In this document: positions 39,050 to 50,881 of the stretch, one piece after another
Position numbering within the stretch: position 1 is the stretch's first letter
How the letters are laid out: each line of letters opens with the position of its first letter
From: Gnetum montanum
Lineage: Eukaryota; Plantae; Gnetophyta
NCBI GenBank assembly: GCA_015680685.1
Contig: MNCI01003377.1
Span: forward strand, 609,604-673,603
DNA: 64,000 nt
Reading direction: 5' to 3'
Program-made: the position numbers and the translations under genes
The notes under the pieces: generated by a model
What the model was told of the DNA's origin: nothing
The model's database searches: none
What the model saw: the letters and a program-made list of their open reading frames with translations, nothing else

Positions 39050-42000
39050 TTGTCCAAAATAATGTTTTATGTGTAAAACATTATACAAAAATTGCAACTC
39101 TATCCTATCTAGCGTTGATAACTTGTACATGTATTCCAATAATTTTTTCTTGATTTAAAATGGACTAGTCCATATGACTGAAAACTTATTTGGCTTTTTC
39201 ATATTCCATAATAATCAAGATCACCAACCTTAAAATTTCTTTTTAGAGCCTTTCTATCGAACCACCTTTTAACTTGAGAAACATTCTTTAGTAAATTATC
39301 TTTAGCTCTATACATTCCAGCTTCTCTTTTGATGAGCAAGGTCATAAAGCTTCTATTTTTATTAGTTTTATCACTATATTTTTACACAAAATATGAGGCC
39401 AAACTTATAATGTTGTTTGTAATTCTAGCAGGTAAATTATAGACCAAGTTATAAGATGGTGTTTCAATAGGCTTCTTAAATCTGATACGGTTGATCCATA
39501 TTGCAGAGTGTAATTAATTGATCCAATTTCTTGGATTCCCATCCATCGACTTCTTAATGTAGAAAATAAGCTTTTTATTTGTAGATTCAGCTAAGCCATT
39601 CCCTTGAGGATAATAATTTGAAGAAGAAAATAGAAAGATGGGATATTTTGATGTTCATGTTATAAATTATTCAGATTAAAAAGCGGGTCCATTATCAGAT
39701 ATCAACACATCAAGTAGACCAAAGTAACTTAGAATCTAATCTTCCAAGAACTTAATCACATTTGATGTTGAACTCTTTCTTAGAGTCTTTGCTTCATACC
39801 ATTTGGTAAAGTAATTAGTAGCTATGATAATAAACTTATGTCCATCTCTCAAAGGAGTAATTGTACCAATAAAATCTAAGCCCCATTACTGAAATGGTCT
39901 ATTCATAATTCCTAGTTTTAAGAGAGCTCTAGCCTTTTTGATCTTTGATCCATGAATTTGAAATTTGTAACGTCTTTGAATTTTCAAACTAATATCTTGA
40001 TACATACTAGGACAATAAAAATAATAATGAAGTATATGTTGCATTTTGAACTTAGGAGATTTATAAAACAAATTAGAATGATCATGGAATTATTCTAAGA
40101 TATGACCAATTTGATCATTATGAACACATTCCAATAAAACCCCTCTAAAATCATTTCTATATAAGATTTAATCTTTAATCACAAATTTATTTGCTCTTTT
40201 GAAGAAATATCTCTTTTGACTTGCAATTAAATTACTCGGAACCTTTGATGTATCAAGGAATTATAGAATTTCATCATACCAGTTTTCCTCATGAGTCTTA
40301 AGCACACATAGTTCATCATCTCTAGTCATTAACTTGGATAATCTGATTCCTTTAGAATTTTTGCATATTTTCAATGAAAATATGAAACCTTGAAGCTTTA
40401 TGAGCCACTTTCTTCTTTTCAATCCAATTTCATTTTAAGCTAAGAATTGTTTGACCACAGCTTCTATTAGCATAATATGAACTAATGAGCTTTCCAAATA
40501 ATATTTGAAATGCTAAAGTGCTTTAATGACTGCAAATAACTATTTCTCAAAGTCGAAATAATTTAGCTTTGAACCTTTCAATTGATACCCAAAAAATCCA
40601 ATCGGTTCATCTTGAACTTCATCTCTTTGAGTTAAAATAGCAACAACTAAATCATTTAAAGAAGAATCATATAACCAGAAATCTTCTTTCAATATCAATT
40701 TTACCAAGCAAGTAGCTTCTTGAATAGCCTTTTTGATTTCTTCTAAGGCTCTTTCTAATTTTGGTATTTTCTCTACTAGGACATCTTTCTTTAGCATACA
40801 CATCAAAGGTTTAGTAATTTTAGTGAATCTAGGGATAAATTTCTTATCAAAATTTATTTGTCCAAAGAAAGATCTAAGAGGCTTTTTACTTCTAGGATGC
40901 TTGATATTTTGTACTGCTTGAATTTGGGAGTTATTTATAATAATTCCTTCTTGATAGATTACATGACCTGGTAAACTTCCAGATTTAACCTTTTCTTAGG
41001 ATTAATAACATACTATATTCATGACATCTATTAAAAACTTGTTGGAGATTATCTACATGATCTTCCTTCCTTTTTGAAAAGATGGTAATATCATCTAAAT
41101 AAACCACAAAAAACTTGCCTATTAAACCTTTCAAGGCTAAATCCATTGCTCTTTGAAAAGTATCTTTAGCATTTGACAACCCAAATGGCATTCTTTGGTA
41201 AGTGAAATTTTCCCATTTGGTGATAAATGCTACTTTATATTTGTCATCCTTATCTGCCATGATTTGATTATAGCCTGAAAAACCATCTTGGAAAGAATAT
41301 ACTTGACAACCTAATACTTTAATTAATATTTCATCAATTCTAGGAAGTGGATATTTATGTTTTTCTGAGGCTTCATTCAAATTCCTAAAACTATACAAAG
41401 CCTAATATCATCTTTCTTCTTTCTTACTGGAATAAGGTTAGTGAGCCATGTCGAATATTGGACTGGATATATAATTTGGGCTTGCAATAATGTCTTTATC
41501 TCATCTTCCATAGCTGGCTCAAATGATGGATTAAATTTCTTTTATTTTTGTTTAATTGTCTTACAATCATCTATCAAAGGAATTTTATATGTCATCACAT
41601 CTTGTCTAAAAGTTTTAAGATCATCATAAGACTAAGAAATTTTTTTCAAATTATTAATCAGAAGTAATAATAAATTTTTCTTGAAGACTGAATCCTTTTC
41701 CTTTGTGACATTTAACATCTTTAGTATCTCAATAGATCCAAAATTCACTACTTCATAACCTTGATCATCTAGATTTTGTATGTCTTTTCCAATAAGCAAA
41801 TTTTTGCTAAACTTATGTTCATAATCAATCACCTTTTTGGGAATAGAATTTATCTTAAAGATTGATGCTATTTTAGGTATGATTTGACTTTTGAGTTCTT
41901 ATTTATTCCTTAAGAATCTAAGAAATTAATCATCATCTTCAAATACTTGTAAATGCTTTATGTTATCTACTGTTGATGGTTGATGTTCATTCTCGATTGT

Positions 42001-42500
42001 TAAACCTTCATAACTTTCTATTTTTTTCACATATAATGTTGAAGCTACTTTTGCTAAGTCATTTGTTATATAATTATCCTTCCTACCTATATGTCCAACA
42101 TTTTGTAGACAAGCTATTTTAAGGTCACAAAAATGAGCTTTTTACCACATAATTACCTTTAATCTATTCACAAGCTAATCTTAAGTCTCCTTTAATGGTG
42201 ATTACCTTAATTTATTTTTCAAATTCTATTTTAGTTCCAATACTTAGAGCTTCATATTTAGCCTTGTTATTCATATAATAAAACGATAGATGAATTGCTT
42301 TGAATATTTTTAGGGAATCATCTTTTACTAGAACTATTCCAGCTCCTACACCTTTGGAGTTACAAGAACCATCAAAGTATAGCTTCCATTTTCTATCATC
42401 TTAGGACTCTTCTTTCTCAAAGTTATCAAATTCTTAAAGTGTGCAAATTTTGGTTTCAAAAGTTCTTATTTCAATGACTTTATTCTTCCCATTAGAAGTA
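39050..42500 (-). pseudogene. pol: Tat-lineage pol with order aRH-RT-RH-INT
   Basis: aRH WKLYFDGSCNSKGVGAGIVL (~41950-42400). RT YPLPRIDEIL..DGFSGYNQI..RMPFGLSNA..VYLDDI (40985-41398). RH LYDSS..AILTQ..NYFDFEK. INT RPFQ*WGLDFIG..SDNGP..YYPQGNGLAE. Confidence 0.92.
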
Positions 42501-42569
42501 ATGTTTTCATTCATCAAAGGTTCACTATGAAACACCACTAATTTTGGCCTAACACTTTGAAACAAGAAC

Positions 42570-44060
42570 AAATCAAGCCCTTTCAAGCATTCAGGAGGCA
42601 AAATTTGACTAAGGCATGAAACTCAAGTCCAGGTTGCTCAAGCCAACTTGATCACACTGTTAAGCTAGCTTGCCCTCAACATGAGCAGCTCCAACAGTTT
42701 CAAAATCAAATAAAAAGTGATCCAAATCTGAGGGTGCAAGCCATCCTCAAGAGCTGCTGATGTCCACTCCAAGTCTCAGCATTTAGGAGTCCAAATTTCA
42801 AGCCAGACTACACAGTTTTTGTAGGTCACGTTGGTTAGTCATGCTAGGCGTGACCACAGGGTGACCAACTCTGGGAGCCCCAAAACTGAGGCAAAATGAC
42901 TTGATTTCAAGGTTGCAAGTCATTCTAAGGGTTCACTATTGATAACTATGGGTCCCAGCCTTCAAACATTCCAGATTTCAGCTCAAAATTGCAAGTTTTT
43001 GAGGTCACACTGCAGGCCATACTGTAGGTCACGTTGGGCAATCATGCTAGGCATGACCACAGCGTGACCAACTTTTAGAGCCTCAAAACTGAGCCAAAAT
43101 GACTTGATTTCAAGGGTGCAAGTCATTCTCAGGGTCCACTATTGATAACTATGGGTCCTAGCCTTCAAAAATTTTAGATTTCAGCTCAAAATTGCAAGTT
43201 TTTGAGGTCACACTGCAGGTCATACTGTAGGTCACGTTGGGCAATCATGCTAGGCATGACCACAGCATGACCAACTTTTAGAGCCTTAAAACCAAGTCAA
43301 AATGACTTGATTTCAAGAGTGTAAGTCATCCTTAGGGTCCACTATTGATAACTATGGGTCCTAGCCTTAAAAAATTTTAGATTTTAGCTCAAAATTGCAA
43401 GTTTTTGAGGTCACACTGTAGGTCATACTGCAGGTCACGTTGGGCAGTCATGCTAGGCGTGACCAACTTTTAGAGCCTTAAAACCAAGTCAAAATGACTT
43501 GATTTCAAGAGTGTAAGTCATCCTTAGGGTCCACTATTGATAACTATGGGTCCTAGCATTTAGAAATTCCATATTTTGGCTCAACATTACAAGTTTTTAA
43601 GGTCACACTGCAGGTCACGTTGGGTAGTCATGCTGGGCGTGACCACAGCATGACCAACTTTTAGAGCCCCAAAACTAAGTCAAAATGACTTGATTTCAAG
43701 GGTGCAATTCATCCTTAGGGTTCACTATTGACAACTATGGGTCCCAGCCTTTAGAAATTCCAGATTTTAGCTCAAAATTGCAAGTTTTTGAGGTCACACT
43801 GCGGGTCACATTGAAGGTCACGCTGTAGGTCATGCTGAGCATGACCACAGCGCGACCTACCCAAAACTGCTCCAAATCAGACATATCCAAGCTCAAATTT
43901 CTAGATCCAGATCACACACATAGGTAGGTAGTAGTTGTACTTAAAAATAGGCTTCAAAAATTTCAAATTTGGTGTCAAAAATTACGTTTTCTTTCTACCT
44001 CATGCTTAGGTCACGCTGAGGTCATGCCCAGTGTGACTGTGGCATGACTGCCAGTCACGC
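42570..44060. repeat. Tandem array of about 7 units of 190-203 bp with GGTCACGCTG/CAGCGTGACC clusters
   Basis: Anchor AAAATGACTTGATTTCAAG at 42893, 43096, 43299, 43491 and 43682, with degenerate units on both sides. Confidence 0.95.
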
Positions 44061-44645
44061 TTGCACAAAGATACTTCAAATGCATGCTGAAGACATGTGG
44101 AAGCCCAGACAACTCACGTTGGAAGCCTTGGTCAAACAGAGANAAGGCATCTCTGTTTGACCAAGGCTTCCAACGTGAGTTGTNCCTTGGTCAAACAGAG
44201 ATGCCTCGAACAACCTCAAATAGACATCTCGACATCCTAGAGCAGTTGGTCCATGGTCAAGTGAGCGGGGGTCAAATTTCTCTTGTTGTACATTTCATTG
44301 TAAATCCACATGTGTGGGCATGTCAGGCCCTCATAATTAAATTGAATGTACTTTCATGAGCTTGAATAACCCATAAATTGTAAAATGCAATGTACCTGGT
44401 CAAGAATGTAGCTTGCTGACACACATCCAACTCGTGCACAAATGTCCAACACACATCTAACTCTCGCCAACACGCATCCAACCCAAGAACAACTGTTCAT
44501 TGGACACATGTCACCAGATCTGCTTTCCTCTCGTCTCCTAGCCATTGATTTCATTCTTGAATTCTGTGCCCGAGCTTGGCCCAACCCTATAAATACCCTA
44601 TTAATTCACATAAATCGCCCGAGGGGGGGGGGGGGGGGCAATTGA

Positions 44646-46647
44646 GAGACATTGACAATTCTCTAATTAAGTCCTACTCATCCATCTTGAACCTGAAGGC
44701 AAGTGAACCAACAAAAAAATTGTCATAACTTAAGTACAGAATAATAAAAATAACCATAAAAAAAACCTTACCTACTCTACACGATAAACAATGCTTGGAG
44801 AATTTTGGAATAATGTATGTGCATGATGGCCAATAATTAAAGTGTTGTTCATATTATATTGACTAAATTTAGGCATCTCGAAAATTGTTGACAATTTGCA
44901 AGAACCCATAGTAGTAGTGCCATTATTTCTCTCTCCCTCTGTGCGAGTGTTAGGTTTATTCATCAAGAACTTAATGATTAAGCTAGAGGACTTAGGCAGG
45001 ATGGTCTCTATGATCACTACTATAGCCTCGGTCATCAAGTGTGACCAAACCATCAAACTGAAGTTTTGTAAGAGATAAGTGAGGAAGTCTCTTTTCCCTA
45101 GCCTAAACCATATTTTTCTATGATCCCACTCCATATTTGGAGTTGGAGAATTAGGCATAGGAAGGTGGATGCAACATAAGAGCCCCACCATCTCTATGAC
45201 CACTAGGATGAACTTCATGAAAGCCTTATAACATCCAACACACAACCGTTACAACCATGCAAACCAAAAAACTAAAATAAAAAACTAGAATTAAACAAAG
45301 TACATTAAAATAATAAGCAAGTTAACATCACAACTACTACATTAGACCTTACAACCCTCTAACCATTAAACATAATAAACAACACTTAAACAAAATTTGA
45401 AATAGTGTATATCAAATGATAGTTTAAAACTAAAATTGCAACAATGTCTGATTACAATTGAAAACATGAAATTAATAGTTTAGAACTAAAAACATAAAAT
45501 TTACAGTAAAAGACTAAATTTCCAAATTCCATGTTAAATCCATAGTTAGACAAAATTCTAAAATACAACTTAAGTCGACAACCAAGATTCACCAAAATGG
45601 CCATAGGAAAACACTTATGAAAAATATGAAAAGAAATTTATCTTGAACCAAATCACTTCTAACCCTTTCTCAACATTCCAAAATATTCCTAAGACCATGG
45701 GAAATTGTAGAAAATGGTTTTTTGTTTTTTACAATCTTAGCATTTCCCATCTTCACAAGGGGTAAATGTGCTATAACCATGATTTCACATGACTAAATGG
45801 AAATGACCATAACTAATTAACCGCTTGATGAAATTGAATGATTCCATAGCCATTGGAATTCTAAAATAACAAAATAAAGTATCATAATAACCATATTTAT
45901 AGAAACAAGTACACAAGTAACCTAACTATAGCCATTATTCGAAAACCCATTTTCGTGCAAGTAGACGAAAACTGTTGCAATAGCCAAATCACTCATCTGA
46001 ATTTGGTGATTCAAGATTCACTAGAATCCTTGAACATTAAAAACTTATAAAAACAAAATTTAAAATTTCATAACTATTCCATGTTGAAAAAGCACAACTT
46101 AGAAAAAAAATGGCCTTAGGATAGCAAACCCACTTGACACAGCTTGATAGAAATAGCCATAGAAAATTATTTTTTAGGAAAACCTGAGTGGTTCAAAAAT
46201 CCCATTAATCAAATAATGATAGAAAATAATACCATAACTTCTAAAAAATTGAAAATATAACCATTTTTCTAGAGAAAAATCCAAAAGTGGTGCTACTTTT
46301 TTGGGTACAAAAAGCAAAAACCCATGAAAATTGTAGGACTAGCATTTAGACTTCAACATTACCAAAACCTAAAGCCCAAGTAGCATAAAAAATGAATGAA
46401 AATGTCCTAGATATATGGTGATATTTTTACAAAGTTCCAAAATAATAGATATCGATCTAAAAATGGAACAAAACCTAGAAAATGGAATGCATGGAAAAGT
46501 GGAAAAACTGGTAACAAATTGATACCTGGGAAAAATGGTGGTGGAGCCTTCCCCAATCCTTGGATGAGGTAGAAATGCTACGTTCTAGGTAGTGGCATAT
46601 TCATCCTCCAATGTTGGGTTCTTTGTGGGAATCATCTTTTTCACCAT
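44646..46647 (-). pseudogene. 5' exons of the spliced antisense accessory gene of element B
   Basis: ATG at 46647 in GCACCATGG context; exon to donor CCAG|GTATC at 46526/46525; large exon ~44772-45245; 79-bp intron 44693-44771 (GTAAGG..TTCAG). Confidence 0.6.
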
Positions 46648-46909
46648 GGTGCTAGAAACATAGAAGATCCTCGGCCTTTGAAGTAACTACATTAGTAGTA
46701 GTGCACAAGTAGTTGGAACTATGTTGAGACTAGGTAATAGTAGTTGTGATAGTAGTAGATCTCTCTAACTTGGGTGTAGTAACAAGAAAATGTGAAAAAA
46801 TAATGACCTTTTGCAAGTTTTCACAACTAAAACCCACCTAAATCTAGGCATCAATATTAAAACCTTGGTTTTCATGCACAACTCCACTTTTCTTAGCATC
46901 AAAATTGGA

Positions 46910-49900
46910 AACTGGAGACTATGCTAGGTTGTGTGATGATTTTCTTAAAACATTGCTAATTGTGGAAGGATTCCATTGAGTGCTTGATATAGTAAGCTAA
47001 AAATCAGGACTACATTAAGTTTCTTTTGAGTTCCCAAACTAGACTACGCTAGGATGGCACTCATGGAAACCTTGACATAACTAGCACTTTCCATTCTACC
47101 CCCTTGAAACCCTAGGATGAAGCCATTATACTCTTAGAATGTGATCAAATGCACTAAATTTTAACAAAAATTAATGATTTTTAAGGCTACACTAAGGAAA
47201 ACTTGGAACTATGCTAGGCCAGCATAGTCCTAGCTAATGCTCAGTGTAGTCCATGATGAAGTGGACTTTTCCCAGCCTATCCAACCTCTAGTTGCCTCTA
47301 AATAGACTACCCTAACTCACTAAACCATAGCTGAAACTTCCAAAAACATTGAAACCTGGTCAAATTCATTTTATTATGATAAAAATCCAACATTTTCCAT
47401 GAGTATGATGGGGAGAACCAAGGACTATGCTAGGCTAGCGTAGTCCTAGTGAATGCCCATTGTAGTCTAGTAAGACATCTTACTTCCTTCCAATCCCAAG
47501 CCATCCATCCATCTAATTCAGCCTTCAATCAACTTTGAATTGACATACTATCCCTCCAAACCCTAGTATTAGCTTCCAAAAATCTTGATACATGACCAAA
47601 TGTAGTAAATGATGCCACTTTTGTCTTGTCCCCATGACTATGCTTTGGAAACCAGGGACTACACTGGGCCATTGTAGTCCTAGGGTTTGAGGGTCAAGGG
47701 TATCATGCAGACCATCACACACCTCTAACACTACCTCTTAGAGCCTCCAAACCTTTCTAGGACCCCTAGTAACATCAAATTATTTATTGATAAACCAAAA
47801 ATCCAAAGAAAATCCACAAATTTCAGTTCCTACATGGGACTACACTAAGGACTAAGAAGACTACGCTGGGCTCATGTAGTCCCACTAGGTGCCTAGCATA
47901 GCCCACTCAAAATCCAAGAATCTATCATCCAAAAATTTCAACTCATTTCTTGAGAACCCTGAAAGATCATGGAATTGGAAACTAGATCAAAAATTACTAC
48001 TTTTTCCATTTTTCATCATGAAAACTTTGGCTATGCTGGATGGAACTTGGGACTATGCTAGGCTAATGTAGTCCTTGCCTAGGGCCTAGCGTAGTGTTCT
48101 TAATATCATAAAAAAATACCAAACATGATGTAAGTTGACTTTGATAAGCCCTAAAATTTTAGTTTAAGCTTGTCTAGTCATGAAACCTAGTTTCCTTCAT
48201 AGTTTGACATCCATCACATGGACTATGCTAATGGGAAGAGGAGGACTACACGAGGCTAGTGTAGTCCTAGTTCAAGGTCCAATGTAGTTGACCAAAAATT
48301 GATAAAGGACATCAAGAACCATGAAAATCAAACTTCTAAAACCCTAGAATGCTAGTTGAGGCTACCTAACCATAGAGCCTACAAGTTTTCAACATTTTTT
48401 ACCCTTCCACCATGACTACACTAGAGGGATGAGAGGACCATGTTGGACTAGTGTAGCCCTAGCCAGAGCCTAGTGTAGTCCATAAAAAATTATTTGAAAA
48501 TTATGTCAAATTCTTGAAACTACTATTGAAAAAATCCTAAGAACCTTTCCCAAGCCTATGTGACTTCAAAACTTTTGTTTTCACCATTTTTGCCCACCAC
48601 CACCTTGACTACGTTGAGGCAAGGTAGCGACTACATTGGGCCATTGTAGTCCCTCTCCAAGCCCAACAGAGTCCATAAAAAAGTAATCAAAATTGCCCAA
48701 GATTGACTAAAATTGATGCCAATAAGCCTTAAAGCATTATATAAGCCTTTTTGACTCTAAAAACTTGCATTTTCCATTGTTTTTCCTCATGACCACCCTA
48801 ACTACACTGGATGGAACTTGGGACTACATTGGGCTAGTGTAGTCCTTGCTCAAGTCCAATGTAGTCCTTCAAAATTGGAAGAAAACTTGCCAAAAATGAC
48901 ATAAGTTCATTACGAGAAAATCATAGAACCTTGTTAGGAACCTCTATTAACCATGGAAACTCCTACTAACCATTCCAAGCTTGGACTAAACTGATGGGAA
49001 GATGGGACTACATTGGGCTAGTGTAGTCCCACCCCAAAGCCCAACGTAGTCCACATCATGAATTCCAAACCAAGTTAAATATGACCAAGAAACCACCTCT
49101 TTTGACTACAAGACCATTCCAAGGACACACTAATACCATCATACCTTGAAATTAAGGCAAAATTCATCATCTTTTGGCTTCCAAACCTTGACTACATTGA
49201 GGAGGAACTAGGACTATGTTGGGCTAGTGTAGTCCCTCTCAAAACCCAGTGTAGTCCATATCAAACTAGCCAAGGACGACCCAAGGTTGACCAAATAGAC
49301 ACCAAATCCACTTCTTGCCAAGCCTAGCACATTTTCGGAGACTGTATGACCATGGAACCCAGCTTCTCTTATCATTTTTTATCCTTAAAGCATGGCTACA
49401 TTGAGGATGGGTTGGGACTAAACTGGCAGCATAGTCCCTCTTCAGTTCTAGCATAGTCCACATAAAATTGCCCAAAAATTCATGAAAATTGCTCAAAATT
49501 CACTTCTAGGAGTCCTAGGGTCCACTAGAGTCAAATTTAGTAGTAAAACCTAGTTTCTCAACCTTTTCCATTTGGCTACATTGAAGAGGAATGAGGACTA
49601 TGTTGGGCTAGTGTAGTCCCTATCCAAGCCTAGTGTAGTCCACTTGGAAGTGATCAAAATAGCTCTAAAACTATCCAAATCAACTCTCAGAAAGACCCAG
49701 AACCCTACTGGAGCATTCCTGGACCATGGAACCTTGGGAAATAAGCCAAAGTTCATTCATTTCTCATCTCAAATACTTGAATACACTAGGAACTATGTGC
49801 CTAGTGTAGTCCCATGGTATTTGATCATCCAAGGTCCAAACATGCATGAAAACTAGTAATTTTTGCATCAAAACCTTAGCTAACAACACCCATGACCTCA

Positions 49901-50420
49901 AAATCCCATTAGCATGGTTGATAGAGCTTTGAAACTCACAAAAATCCATTTTTCACCCATGACTACACTAAGGAAGCTAAGGATAATGTTGGGCCAACAT
50001 AGTTACAATTGGAAGAAAAAAATGTGGCAACAAAAACCAATAGTATACATCTCAAAATGGCCCAAAATCGACCCAGAATGATTAGAACCTTAACCCCATG
50101 GCTTCCAATTGAAAATTTCACTCTATTTTAACTCTAGGAATCAAATAAACTCAGTCATTTCTTATGACTAAGCTGGGACCTCTTAGCCCAACATAGTCAC
50201 CCTTGGAACTAGGATTTTTAACCTTTTGGGAAGCCAAAATGGTGCCAAAACTTGTCATTCTTTAATACCTATCCCTTGTGCTAGTTTTTTAGACCACCAA
50301 AAGCCTGAAAATAATCATACCAAGTGTGGGAAATTGTACTTGAATGTCAACTACGCTGGAGGAAGGTCAAACTATGCTGGGCCAGTGTAGTCACTAGTAG
50401 GACCTAGCATAGTCACAACA
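46910..50420. repeat. Array of about 17 palindromic ~68-bp cassettes (GACTACGCTG x2 / CAGCGTAGTC x2) with divergent AT-rich spacers
   Basis: Cassettes start near 47185, 47401, 47636, 47838, 48029, 48220, 48414, 48607, 48801, 48983, 49190, 49394, 49574, 49780, 49961, 50166 and 50350. Confidence 0.92.
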
Positions 50421-50881
50421 AAAGATGTTAATTTTTCTTTAAAATAACTCTAGATTGATCCCCTTATGTGCCCAAGCTCCCTTGACAACCTTGTAGCCCC
50501 ATACTAGGCCTGCTAAGGCCTAAAACTAGCAAAATATAATCCTTTTTAACTAGTATTAGCCAATTTTTACCATATGTATTCCATTCTCATAGATTTGACC
50601 TTGTTCATGGTCTTGTTTTGATTTTTTGACCTTCTTTCTCATCAATAGACTTCATACAACCTCCATACAACTTCATGTTTTATCATGTTCACTTTATTTT
50701 CTCTATTATAACCCTTTATTAACCTCATATAGCATTTGTTTAATCCCATTGGTCATTATTACTTTTTTTTTAGCCTTGGTTGACCTTGCTTTCATTTTTG
50801 TTTGTCATTGGAATAGCACATGTTTGCATGCTTACTAAAGTATTTTAGATCATTTTAGTGTTTTTATGCATTTTTACCCAG

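Larger units (their letters stand above)
29406..50881 (+). other. Putative PROT-RT intron of element B
   Basis: Donor ATAG|GTGATA at the end of PROT-linker coding. T-rich tract and acceptor TTTTTACCCAG|GTG directly before pol resumes. Ogre elements are known to have an intron at this position. Confidence 0.6.

Noticed and set aside
44109-44206. Perfect 34-bp inverted repeat resembling a miRNA hairpin
   Set aside because: The inverted segment is bounded by single Ns (44143, 44184) and followed by a re-duplicated overlap, typical of a scaffolding artefact.
31976-44654. CAATGTC / GACATTG inverted match flanking the nested block
   Set aside because: Only 7 bp, and inverted rather than direct, so not a TSD; probably chance. 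The right end of the nested block remains unresolved.
44772-45245. Host gene or a confident PMD/MAIL1 domain call
   Set aside because: It lies inside a TSD-bounded retroelement and I cannot recognise diagnostic residues; left as an unknown accessory exon.
46910-50420. CRISPR array
   Set aside because: Eukaryotic TE context, no cas genes, degenerate ~68-bp repeats and ~120-bp spacers of similar composition.
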